The position numbers and the translations under genes were made by a program. 32,000 nt of DNA, from NCBI GenBank assembly GCA_000743035.1, contig CP008936.1:1380001-1412000 (forward strand), in the 5' to 3' direction. Shown in pieces: positions 17,307-25,627 of this stretch; the first letter of the stretch is position 1, and each line of letters opens with the position of its first letter. Below the pieces are notes generated by a model. That model made no database searches. It was not told where the DNA came from and saw only the letters and a list, made by a program, of their open reading frames with translations. Source of the DNA: Candidatus Paracaedimonas acanthamoebae. GTDB taxonomy: Bacteria > Pseudomonadota > Alphaproteobacteria > Caedimonadales > Caedimonadaceae.

Positions 17307-17917
17307 GTGCAATCCCTTGTTCAACAAAAGAGATTCTCAATGAGTCGCATTTGTGAAGTCCTTGAAGTCTCTCGCTCCAATCTTTATGAACGCTTAAAGA
17401 AGACATCAAGCTCTCGAAAGAGGAGTGTTACGATTCATGATCAAAAATTGCTTCTTCTCATTCGTCAGATCATGGATGAACGCCCCACTTATGGTTATCG
17501 GCGAGTAACTGCACTTTTAAGAAAATCTTTGAATCAAGCCATTAATCCAAAGCGAGTCTATCGCATTATGAAAGAACATAGCTTACTTTTACAAAAGCAT
17601 GGAAAGAGACCTGTTCGTGTTCATGATGGGAAAATCATTACTTTGAAGAATAATTTGCGGTGGTATTCGGATCATTTTAGCATTCAGTGTTGGAATGGAG
17701 ATCAGGTCCATGTGGTATTTGCTCTTGAGAGCCATGATCGAAAAGTTCTTGAGCAGCTATCAGAATGGTTCGATGATTATAATAATAATGCCCCTCATAA
17801 AGGGCTGAAAATGCTCTCACCAAGAAAGTATTACAGATCTTCCCAAGAAGATCTTAAACAAGTAAGGTATAACTTAATGAGCTAACAAATCTGTCCGCTT
17901 TTATAGGGGCAACTCCA
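17307..17917 (+). mobile_element. decayed IS3-family (IS2-group) element: OrfB transposase pseudogene with internal deletion plus right terminal repeat
   Basis: The 192-aa ORF matches my recollection of IS2 InsD (ERPTYGYRRVTALLRK...INPKRVYRIMKEHSLLL...NLRWYSDHFSI.CWNGDQVHVVFALESHDRKVL). It then jumps straight to the C-terminal YNNNAPHKGLKMLSPRKYY, so about 100 aa of the DDE core are missing (junction near 17750). No orfA is present. The sequence TATAGGGGCAACTCCA ending at 17917 resembles the IS2 terminus TATAGGGGCAAATCCA. Confidence 0.8.
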
Positions 17918-18322
17918 CTCTCCATCACCTATAGAACAGATACATCAGCAGTTACATCGAGAGCAGCTCATTGACCTCACTTGAAAGATTGCATGAAAGC
18001 CTCCATAAAGATATAGAACAAGGACGTCTCAATAATTCTACTACTTATCATTGAATTTTACATGTTTGATTGCTTTAAAATTGTAACAATTACGTCAATG
18101 AAAATTAAGAAAATGCAGTTAGCTAATGGATTTCTTTTTCAACTATAAATAAACTTGCCTTAAGTAAAATTTAATAAATTTACTTCTAATCTAATCCTGC
18201 TATATGACATTAAACATCTTAAACTAAAATAAATTGGTTTTCATAATAATTATTGCGCGATTGATTTAAGCGCTGATAGTTGAGTGTTTTCCCTACTTTC
18301 TTATAATCATAATGTGTGAATT

Positions 18323-19621
18323 TCAATTAGCATTATTAACTTCTTTGATTAAAACTTTACTAATTCTCTTACCGATCATCTCTATAATCTTAAATTCAAA
18401 TCCGTTCCAACTAATGCTCTCTTCAATATTAGGGATTTTTCCAAATTGCATAAGCAAAAATCCTGCAAGAGTATTAAAATCTATATCTGGAAAGGCACGA
18501 ATAATATTTACTTTAAGAAGCTCCTCAATTTCATCTATAGGTGTCAAACCATCGCATAGCCAAGAACCATCTTTATGCTGAATAACATTAAAAGGTATAT
18601 TCCCTTCAAGTTCAGTGACTTCTCCTGTAAGAGTTTCAAAGAGGTCCACAAGAGTTATAATTCCTTGCATCGCACCATACTCATTAATTACAATGCCAAT
18701 ATGAGATTTACTTTTTTTGAATTGTTCAAGAATCTCAGAGCCAATTGCTTCTTCTCTAACACAAGGAACTTCTTTCACTAATGAATACAAATCAAAGGGT
18801 TCTCCTTTTATTTGCTGGGTTAAGATATCTTTAGTATCAATAATTCCCCTAATATTATCCATATTTTCTTCAAATACTGGATAATAACGATGGGAATGTA
18901 ACAATATTTTAGCTTTGTTAGTCTCTAAATTATCTTTTAGATTAAAGCATATCACTTTCAGGCGCGGGGTCATCATAATACTTGCATCACGGTCGCTAAA
19001 CTTTAAAACACGTTGGAAAAGACGATGCTCAAATGGATCTATAGTTCCCCCTTCAAGACCTTCCTCTAACAACTGATGTATCTCTTCTTCTGTCACATGA
19101 GAATCTTTAATCTCTTTTTGACGAAGTAATCTTAATAAAATCTTGGTTGAAAAATCTAATATAATGACAAAAGGATGTGTTATTTTAGAGAAAACATTAA
19201 TCATTGGTGAAAATAGGGAAGCAATTTTTTCAGGATTTGAAAGAGCAAGTCTTTTTGGAACTAATTCTCCTATTATAAGCGATATATAAGTTAATATTAA
19301 GATCATTACAGTAAAAGCAATTGGCTCGCCATATCCATAAATCCATTGAAATTTATTAAGCCAGATACCAAGAGGCTCTGCAAATCTTTGTCCACTAAAA
19401 GCTCCAGAAATAATTCCTATAATAGTAATTCCAATTTGGATTGTAGAAAGGAAATTTCCAGGATTATCTATGAGATGATGTGCAATTTTTGCTCCCTTAC
19501 TTTTTTTTGCCATATGCATTATTTTATTTCGATTTGATGAAACAATTGCAAACTCCGTCATTGCCAGAATACCATTTGCAAGAATTAACAAAAAAATGAT
19601 GCTAAGATCCAAGTAATACAT
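18323..19621 (-). CDS. tlyC: CNNM/CorC-HlyC family protein (DUF21 - CBS pair - CorC_HlyC; TlyC-like)
   Basis: N-terminal 4-TM DUF21-like region (LILANGILAMTEFAIVSS), CBS-pair region, and a C-terminal CorC/HlyC transporter-associated domain. The start is taken at ATG 19621, preceded by GAGGG. The ORF track starts 4 codons upstream at 19633. Confidence 0.88.
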   Translation of the reverse strand: MYYLDLSIIFLLILANGILAMTEFAIVSSNRNKIMHMAKKSKGAKIAHHLIDNPGNFLSTIQIGITIIGIISGAFSGQRFAEPLGIWLNKFQWIYGYGEPIAFTVMILILTYISLIIGELVPKRLALSNPEKIASLFSPMINVFSKITHPFVIILDFSTKILLRLLRQKEIKDSHVTEEEIHQLLEEGLEGGTIDPFEHRLFQRVLKFSDRDASIMMTPRLKVICFNLKDNLETNKAKILLHSHRYYPVFEENMDNIRGIIDTKDILTQQIKGEPFDLYSLVKEVPCVREEAIGSEILEQFKKSKSHIGIVINEYGAMQGIITLVDLFETLTGEVTELEGNIPFNVIQHKDGSWLCDGLTPIDEIEELLKVNIIRAFPDIDFNTLAGFLLMQFGKIPNIEESISWNGFEFKIIEMIGKRISKVLIKEVNNAN

Positions 19622-19856
19622 AATTACCCTCATTTTAAGCTTCTAATGAAGTTATTAAACTTAAAGAATGTAAAGATAACTTTAAAAAAATGATGAAGGC
19701 AAATTTATGAGTACTTAGTTAAACTATTTTAAGTTTAAGGCCTCTGCTTAATTCACTCTAACCTATCTAAGTGACATTTCTAAAAAATTATAAAGGAGAC
19801 ATCTGCACTTAACGTTGACAATAAATGTAATAGTTTACGGTCATGCGAGGATTGAT

Positions 19857-19932
<76 letters not shown>

Positions 19933-20004
19933 ACATATAATGTAAGTGTGTATAGCAAAGTCTAAAGCCTTAAACTAGTCCTAAAATAATTAATCTTAGA
20001 AAAG

Positions 20005-20078
20005 TGGAGGCCGGGACCGGAATCGAACCGACGTCCAAGGATTTGCAGTCCTCTGCATAACCACTCTGCCACCCGGCC
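20005..20078 (-). tRNA. tRNA-Cys: tRNA-Cys (anticodon GCA), CCA encoded
   Basis: 74 nt on the minus strand. Acceptor GGCCGGG/CCCGGCC, anticodon stem GAGGA/TCCTT with loop CTGCAAA, T loop TTCGATT, short variable loop. Confidence 0.9.
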
Positions 20079-20098
20079 ACAGGCGTTAAACTGAAAGG

Positions 20099-20127
20099 AA
20101 TGTAGCGATTAATGTTCTATGGGTCAA
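20099..20127 (-). promoter_or_regulatory. candidate sigma70-type promoter for the tRNA-Cys/tRNA-Asn pair
   Basis: Minus strand reads TTGACC - 17 nt - TACATT. The -10 element ends 20 nt upstream of the tRNA-Cys 5' end. Confidence 0.4.
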
Positions 20128-20232
20128 TGCTTAACTAGAATTCAAAATGAATATTTTACTTTATTGTTAGATCAACCTTTAACTTCTCAATATTATGAAT
20201 TAACAAAGGTTGCCGAAAATCTTTTACTTTCC

Positions 20233-20826
20233 TTATTTTTCTGGATTTTTTTCACGCTGCTTTTTTCGCAGATAAAAAATTCCTAAAACAATAACTAAAA
20301 AACTTCCTACACTCAATAATGCAATTTTCTGGTAGTGACCTACTTTGTGAATAGCCTCTTCGATCACATCCGCAAAGAGATAGCCCAGTAGGTATCCTCC
20401 CAAACAACTTATAACAGTCCAAATCACCGCAGCTAAAAAGTTCAAAATCGTAAAACGTTTAATATCCACTCCTGCTGCGCCGATGATAAGGGGGCTTGCT
20501 GTCCGAATACCATAAACAAACCGAAATCCTAAAATAAATGGTGTATTGTATTTATGAAGAAGTGCAAAAATACGCTTCGATTTGTCTTTTAACTTGGGAT
20601 ACCGCTCTAATAATCCTGGACCATAAAATCTTCCTATATAAAATAAAAGCTGATCTGCACAAAGAGTTGCGATAAAAGCAATAATCATAACTTTTGGTAG
20701 TGATAGGAAACCTGTATAGGCTAAAAAACTTGCTGTTAAAACAATGGACTCACCTTCAACTAATGATCCTAAAAATAAAATTACATACGCAAGCCAAGGA
20801 CCATGCGTTGTGAAAAACTCAATCAA
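20233..20826 (-). CDS. dedA: DedA family inner-membrane protein
   Basis: 197-aa membrane protein with DedA/SNARE-associated signatures (FLGSLVEGESIVLTASFLA, FILGFRFVYGIRTASPLIIGA). Confidence 0.85.
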   Translation of the reverse strand: MIEFFTTHGPWLAYVILFLGSLVEGESIVLTASFLAYTGFLSLPKVMIIAFIATLCADQLLFYIGRFYGPGLLERYPKLKDKSKRIFALLHKYNTPFILGFRFVYGIRTASPLIIGAAGVDIKRFTILNFLAAVIWTVISCLGGYLLGYLFADVIEEAIHKVGHYQKIALLSVGSFLVIVLGIFYLRKKQREKNPEK

Positions 20827-20945
20827 TTTACCCTCTTTTTCATTATTTTTGTGGCTCTCAAGATATTCTCTTTATTAAATTTTCTTACTTTTCCTCATAT
20901 TATTAGTTAAGATAGCACAATTTTAAAATTAAGGTGGGCATTTTC

Positions 20946-22037
20946 ATGAAATTTAACATCAAAAATTTAAAGTATTCAATTGTTTCTGGAGGAATACTAT
21001 TTATTATCATCTCTGCTCTCCTGTATAAGTTTGCTTTACCTCCATCTCTAAGTAAAAGTGGCCAAGCGCATAGTAGCATGTTGACTACTCCTGTTACAGC
21101 TCAGAAACCTACTATTCAAGATGTTGTGGATAGTGCGGAGGCTGTGGGAACCATGCGCGCAGATGAATCTGTTATTATCCGCCCTGAAATTGCAGGAAAA
21201 CTTGTTTCTTTCAACTTCCAAGAAGGTAAACTTGTTAAGGCAGGAGATCTTCTTATTACACTAGATAGCGAAATGTATAAAGCACAGCTTGCGCAAGCAG
21301 AAGCCAACTTTTCCTTAAGCAAATTAAAAATGTGGCGCGCCGAAACTTTACTTAAGAAAAATTTTGGAAAGAAAGGCGAGCGTGATGAGGCTGCAACAAA
21401 TCTAAAAGTGAATGAAGCACAAGTTATTTTTGAAAAAGCTCGCTTAGAAAAAACAACTCTTATCGCTCCTTTTGATGGAATTATTGGCCTCAGAAAATTT
21501 AGTCTAGGAGATTATGTTCAAGTAGGGCAAGACCTTGTAAATATTGAGAAAATTAATCCTATCAAAGTGGATTTTACACTCCCTGAAATTTATGCTCCCC
21601 ATCTAAAAACAGGACAAGAAATTGAATTAGAAGCGCCAGCACTTCCTAACCAAAAATTTAAAGGTCGAGTTTATGCTATTGATCCCCACATCGAAGAGAA
21701 TGGGCGAAATCTTTCTATAAGAGCGCAACTTGAAAATTTAGACTTGGCTTTAAAACCAGGCATGTTTGTTAAAGTGAAAATTATCTTGGGAACAAGAAAA
21801 AATAGCTTGATCATCCCTGAAGAAGCTCTCATTCCTAGCCATGATAATGTTTCTATCTTTAAAATCGTTGATCAAAAAGCTCAATTGATAAAAATTAAGG
21901 TTGGTCTACGCCAAAAAGGTACTCTTCAAGTACTAGACGGGATCAAAGCAGATGATTTAATCATTACAGCTGGTCATAATAAACTTATATCTGGCATGAG
22001 CGTACGCGTAACAAAACCATCGGGAGCTTCTTTATGA
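20946..22037 (+). CDS. RND efflux periplasmic adaptor (membrane fusion protein)
   Basis: N-terminal anchor, lipoyl/hairpin/beta-barrel pattern typical of HlyD_D23-type MFPs (IRPEIAGKLVSFNFQEGKLVKAGDLLITLD ... LIAPFDGIIG). The start is taken at ATG 20946, 7 nt after AAGGTGGG. The ORF track begins at GTG 20934. The stop overlaps the pump ATG. Confidence 0.88.
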   Translation: MKFNIKNLKYSIVSGGILFIIISALLYKFALPPSLSKSGQAHSSMLTTPVTAQKPTIQDVVDSAEAVGTMRADESVIIRPEIAGKLVSFNFQEGKLVKAGDLLITLDSEMYKAQLAQAEANFSLSKLKMWRAETLLKKNFGKKGERDEAATNLKVNEAQVIFEKARLEKTTLIAPFDGIIGLRKFSLGDYVQVGQDLVNIEKINPIKVDFTLPEIYAPHLKTGQEIELEAPALPNQKFKGRVYAIDPHIEENGRNLSIRAQLENLDLALKPGMFVKVKIILGTRKNSLIIPEEALIPSHDNVSIFKIVDQKAQLIKIKVGLRQKGTLQVLDGIKADDLIITAGHNKLISGMSVRVTKPSGASL

Positions 22038-25000
22038 AATTACCTGAACTTTGTATTCGACGCCCTGTCTTAACTCTTGTTTTAAATTTCTTAATCTTAT
22101 TGGTAGGAAGTATTTCTTATACTCGGCTTGCCGTTCGCGAATACCCAAATATAGATGAACCTGTTGTTACTGTTGAAACAACCTATAAGGGAGCGAGTGC
22201 TGAGATTATTGAGAGCCAAATTACACAACCCTTAGAAGAAACTCTGGCAGGAATTGATGGTTTAAATACTTTAACGTCAACAAGTCGCCCAGAAGTAAGC
22301 CAAATTACATTACGTTTTCGGATTACGAAAGATCCAGAAGCAGCAGCAAATGACGTTCGAGGTAGAGTAAGCCGCAGCCGCAATAAACTTCCGGATGGTA
22401 TAGAGGATCCAACCATAGCAAAGGTAGAAGCAGATGCACAGCCAATCATTTATCTTGCATTTTCAAGCGACCGTTTTAGCCCCTTACAAATTTCTGATTA
22501 TGCCGATCGATATATAAAACCCCGCCTTCAAAATATTGATGGCATCTCGGAAGCACGATTATTAGGCGAACGCCGATACGCCATGCGCATTTGGCTTGAC
22601 CCGTTAAAATTAGCCGCTTTAAAATTAACTCCTGATGATGTTATTTCTTCTTTAAGCAACCAAAACCTCGAAGTACCTGCTGGGCGCATTGAGAATACGA
22701 AAAGAGAATTCACAGTTCTTGTAAATAGTGATCTTTCAACACCAGATCAGTTTAATAAATTAGTATTAAAGAATGTTAATGGATTTGCTGTAACCTTAAA
22801 AGATGTTGGCCATGCACAATTAGGCCCAGAAGACGAACGTATTATCGCACGTTTCAATGGAAATAAGGCTATTGCGATTGGCATTATAAAACAAGCAACA
22901 GCCAATCCCCTCACGATTTCACAAGAGGTTCAAAATATTCTTCATACTTTAAAAACTCTACTCCCAGAAGGTATGCATGTCGATGTGGCTTATGATTCCT
23001 CAGTCTTCATTGATCGATCGATTAAGGAAGTTTACAAAACAATCTTAGAAGCTGTTATCCTTGTTGTGCTTGTCATTTTTCTTTTTTTGAGAAACTTTAG
23101 ATCTATTTTAATTCCGCTTGTGACAATTCCTATCTCTCTTATTGGAGCCCTCACGTTAATGTATATCTTTGGATTTACAATTAATACATTAACGCTTTTA
23201 GCAATTGTTCTTGCTATAGGCCTGGTGGTGGATGATGCCATTGTTATGCTTGAGAATATTTATCACCATATCGAAAAAGGTATTCCTCCTCTTAAAGCTG
23301 CCCTTATTGGAAGCCGTGAAATCACTTATTCTATTATTGCAATGACAATTACTCTTGCAGCTGTTTATACACCCATGGCCTTTTCTCAGGGACGCACAGG
23401 AAAGTTGTTCATTGAATTTGCTTTAACACTTGCAGGTTCAGTGATTGTCTCTGGTTTCGTAGCCTTAACGCTTTCACCTATGATGTGTTCACGTTTGCTT
23501 CACCAGATAAAAAATGAAGGTAAATTTTCTTTGTGGATTGAAAAAAATCTTCAAAAATTAAGAAAATCTTATGAAAAATGGCTTTTAATTTCCGTTAACA
23601 ATCGTACCTTCGTGTTAGGGAGTGCTGGCGCTATTCTGATTGGATGCGGTATATTATTTCACATGACACCTTCTGAACTAGCCCCTATTGAAGACCGCGG
23701 AACAATTATTGGCATAGGTATTGCCCCTGAAGGCTCAACTATTGGCTATACTTCATCCTCTGCCCAAATAATTGAAAAAATTTATCAAGGCATTCCTGAA
23801 ATAGATCGTTATTTCGTTGTCGCTGGCTATCCTGTTGTTTCTCAAATTATTACCTTTTCTCGTTTAAAACCTTGGGAAGAACGCTCAAAAAAACAGCAAG
23901 ATATTGTTCAAGCCTTATTCCCTCAGTTTTTTTCGATTCCAAGTATTCTTGCATTTCCTATTAATCCTGCTTCCTTGGGGCAAAGCGCCATAGAACGTCC
24001 TGTACAGTTCGTTATTAAATCACTTTCTTCTTATGAACATCTTGATAAAGTTGCTACACAAGTTCTCCAAAAAGTACGTGCTTCTCCTGCTCTCGTTAAT
24101 ATCGACTGCGATTTGAAATTAAATCAGCCACAATTGAATATTCTTCTTGATCGAGAAAAAATTAATAATGTTGGTGCTGATGTTGCTGCTATCGGTAGAA
24201 CTTTAGAAACCCTTTTAGGTGGGAAAAAAGCAACTCGCTTCAAGCAAGATGGCAAACAATATGATGTTATTGTCCAAGTTTCCGATAATGAACGCCTAAC
24301 ACCACAACAAATTAATAATATTTTCATCAAAGGCAAAAATGACGTTATGATTCAACTGTCAAACCTTGTTAGAATAGAAGAAACTGTTGCACCTAAAGAT
24401 TTAAATCGCTTTGATCAATTACGTTCTGCAACAATTTCCGCAACAGTTGGTGAAGGACATTCTCTAGAACAAGCGCTTAAAATTCTTGAAGAAGCAACCC
24501 TGAGTTTAGGCGACAAAGAGATTCAAATTGATTATGCTGGGGAATCCAGAGAATTTAAAGAATCAAGCAAAGAAATATATTTTATTTTCTTGCTAGCCCT
24601 TGTCTTTATCTATCTTGTATTAGCCGCGCAATATGAGAGCTTTCGGGATCCATTAATTATTATCTTCTCAGTGCCTCTTTCAACCTTTGGAGCTCTTTTA
24701 GCTATGAAATTGAATGGCATCACGCTTAATATTTATTCTCAGGTCGGTCTTGTGACACTGATCGGCCTTGTCACAAAACATGGTATTCTTATTGTTGAGT
24801 ATGCTAACCATATTCGTTCACAAGGGAAAAATAAGATTGAGGCCGTTTGTGAAGCCTCAAGTTTGCGCTTAAGGCCTATCTTGATGACAACTGGAGCTAT
24901 GGTTTTGGGAGCTGTTCCATTAGCGCTTGCCTCTGGTGCTGGAGGAGAAAGTCGTAATGCTATTGGCTGGGTTATTGTCGGGGGGTTGACAATTGGTACG

Positions 25001-25075
25001 CTATTTACGCTTTTTATCGTCCCGATTGTTTATACTTTTCTTGCAGCTCCTCACCTCAAAACAGAAATAGATTAA
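22034..25075 (+). CDS. RND efflux permease (AcrB/MdtB-like, HAE1 family)
   Basis: 1013-aa 12-TMS protein with the classic start MKLPELCIRRPVLTLVLN and VVDDAIVMLENI motifs. It overlaps the adaptor gene (ATGA). No outer-membrane factor gene is adjacent. Confidence 0.95.
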   Translation: MKLPELCIRRPVLTLVLNFLILLVGSISYTRLAVREYPNIDEPVVTVETTYKGASAEIIESQITQPLEETLAGIDGLNTLTSTSRPEVSQITLRFRITKDPEAAANDVRGRVSRSRNKLPDGIEDPTIAKVEADAQPIIYLAFSSDRFSPLQISDYADRYIKPRLQNIDGISEARLLGERRYAMRIWLDPLKLAALKLTPDDVISSLSNQNLEVPAGRIENTKREFTVLVNSDLSTPDQFNKLVLKNVNGFAVTLKDVGHAQLGPEDERIIARFNGNKAIAIGIIKQATANPLTISQEVQNILHTLKTLLPEGMHVDVAYDSSVFIDRSIKEVYKTILEAVILVVLVIFLFLRNFRSILIPLVTIPISLIGALTLMYIFGFTINTLTLLAIVLAIGLVVDDAIVMLENIYHHIEKGIPPLKAALIGSREITYSIIAMTITLAAVYTPMAFSQGRTGKLFIEFALTLAGSVIVSGFVALTLSPMMCSRLLHQIKNEGKFSLWIEKNLQKLRKSYEKWLLISVNNRTFVLGSAGAILIGCGILFHMTPSELAPIEDRGTIIGIGIAPEGSTIGYTSSSAQIIEKIYQGIPEIDRYFVVAGYPVVSQIITFSRLKPWEERSKKQQDIVQALFPQFFSIPSILAFPINPASLGQSAIERPVQFVIKSLSSYEHLDKVATQVLQKVRASPALVNIDCDLKLNQPQLNILLDREKINNVGADVAAIGRTLETLLGGKKATRFKQDGKQYDVIVQVSDNERLTPQQINNIFIKGKNDVMIQLSNLVRIEETVAPKDLNRFDQLRSATISATVGEGHSLEQALKILEEATLSLGDKEIQIDYAGESREFKESSKEIYFIFLLALVFIYLVLAAQYESFRDPLIIIFSVPLSTFGALLAMKLNGITLNIYSQVGLVTLIGLVTKHGILIVEYANHIRSQGKNKIEAVCEASSLRLRPILMTTGAMVLGAVPLALASGAGGESRNAIGWVIVGGLTIGTLFTLFIVPIVYTFLAAPHLKTEID

Positions 25076-25155
25076 ATTCTTAATTTCCTAAAATGCATTC
25101 ATGGTATATTATGATTTTATAGAGAAAAAGTTCCTGGTCTTGAGGAATCTTTAAG

Positions 25156-25584
25156 ATGAGAAAAGCGATCACACAAGAACACGGAATGGGATGTGCTGTT
25201 GCTTGTACGGCATATGTTTTAAATTTTACCTATCAACAAGCACTTAACCTATATGAAACTCCTCAATATGCTTGGAGCAGAGGGTTTTACTGTCAGGAAA
25301 TTGTTACAGCTCTTTCAAATGCAGGAAAATTGTATCAGTATAAACAGATTAAAAATACGAATGATTCGGTCTTAAATCTTCCAGATATGATCGTTTTTAT
25401 CGAACCATCTTCAATATATCCTGCGGGGCATTACTTAGTATATACACTTGAAGGATGTTGGATGAATCCTTGGATTAATTTTCCTTTGATTGCACCTGCT
25501 AAGAGTGGATTTCAACCAATATTACCAGGGAATCCTACTTATGCTGTATTTCCTTTAAAAAAGGACGATTTTATCGCTCAATAA
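25156..25584 (+). CDS. stand-alone papain-like cysteine peptidase, C39-like
   Basis: 142 aa. Q-x5-C (QEHGMGCAVAC), then AGHYLVY and WMNPW. This matches the Gln/Cys/His/Asp(Asn) order of peptidase C39-type domains. Confidence 0.55.
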   Translation: MRKAITQEHGMGCAVACTAYVLNFTYQQALNLYETPQYAWSRGFYCQEIVTALSNAGKLYQYKQIKNTNDSVLNLPDMIVFIEPSSIYPAGHYLVYTLEGCWMNPWINFPLIAPAKSGFQPILPGNPTYAVFPLKKDDFIAQ

Positions 25585-25627
25585 TAACACGTAAAGAGAA
25601 AATTACTGTTTACTGCCTTTAATCCTT

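Noticed and set aside
17918-18322. Search for an attR-like direct repeat of the tRNA-Thr 3' end, or an integrase remnant, at the distal island edge
   Set aside because: By eye, only trivial matches (TCACCT) were found in this AT-rich spacer, and no integrase-like translation was recognised. A computed local alignment is still needed before excluding it.
17039-19537. ORFs 17039-17278 (+), 18312-18581 (+), 18575-18781 (+) and 19346-19537 (+)
   Set aside because: They are antisense shadows of the XRE gene and the CNNM/CorC gene.
21116-24336. Minus-strand ORFs 21116-21322, 22183-22449, 22528-22713, 23032-23241 and 24124-24336
   Set aside because: They are antisense to the RND adaptor and pump genes, with no independent support.
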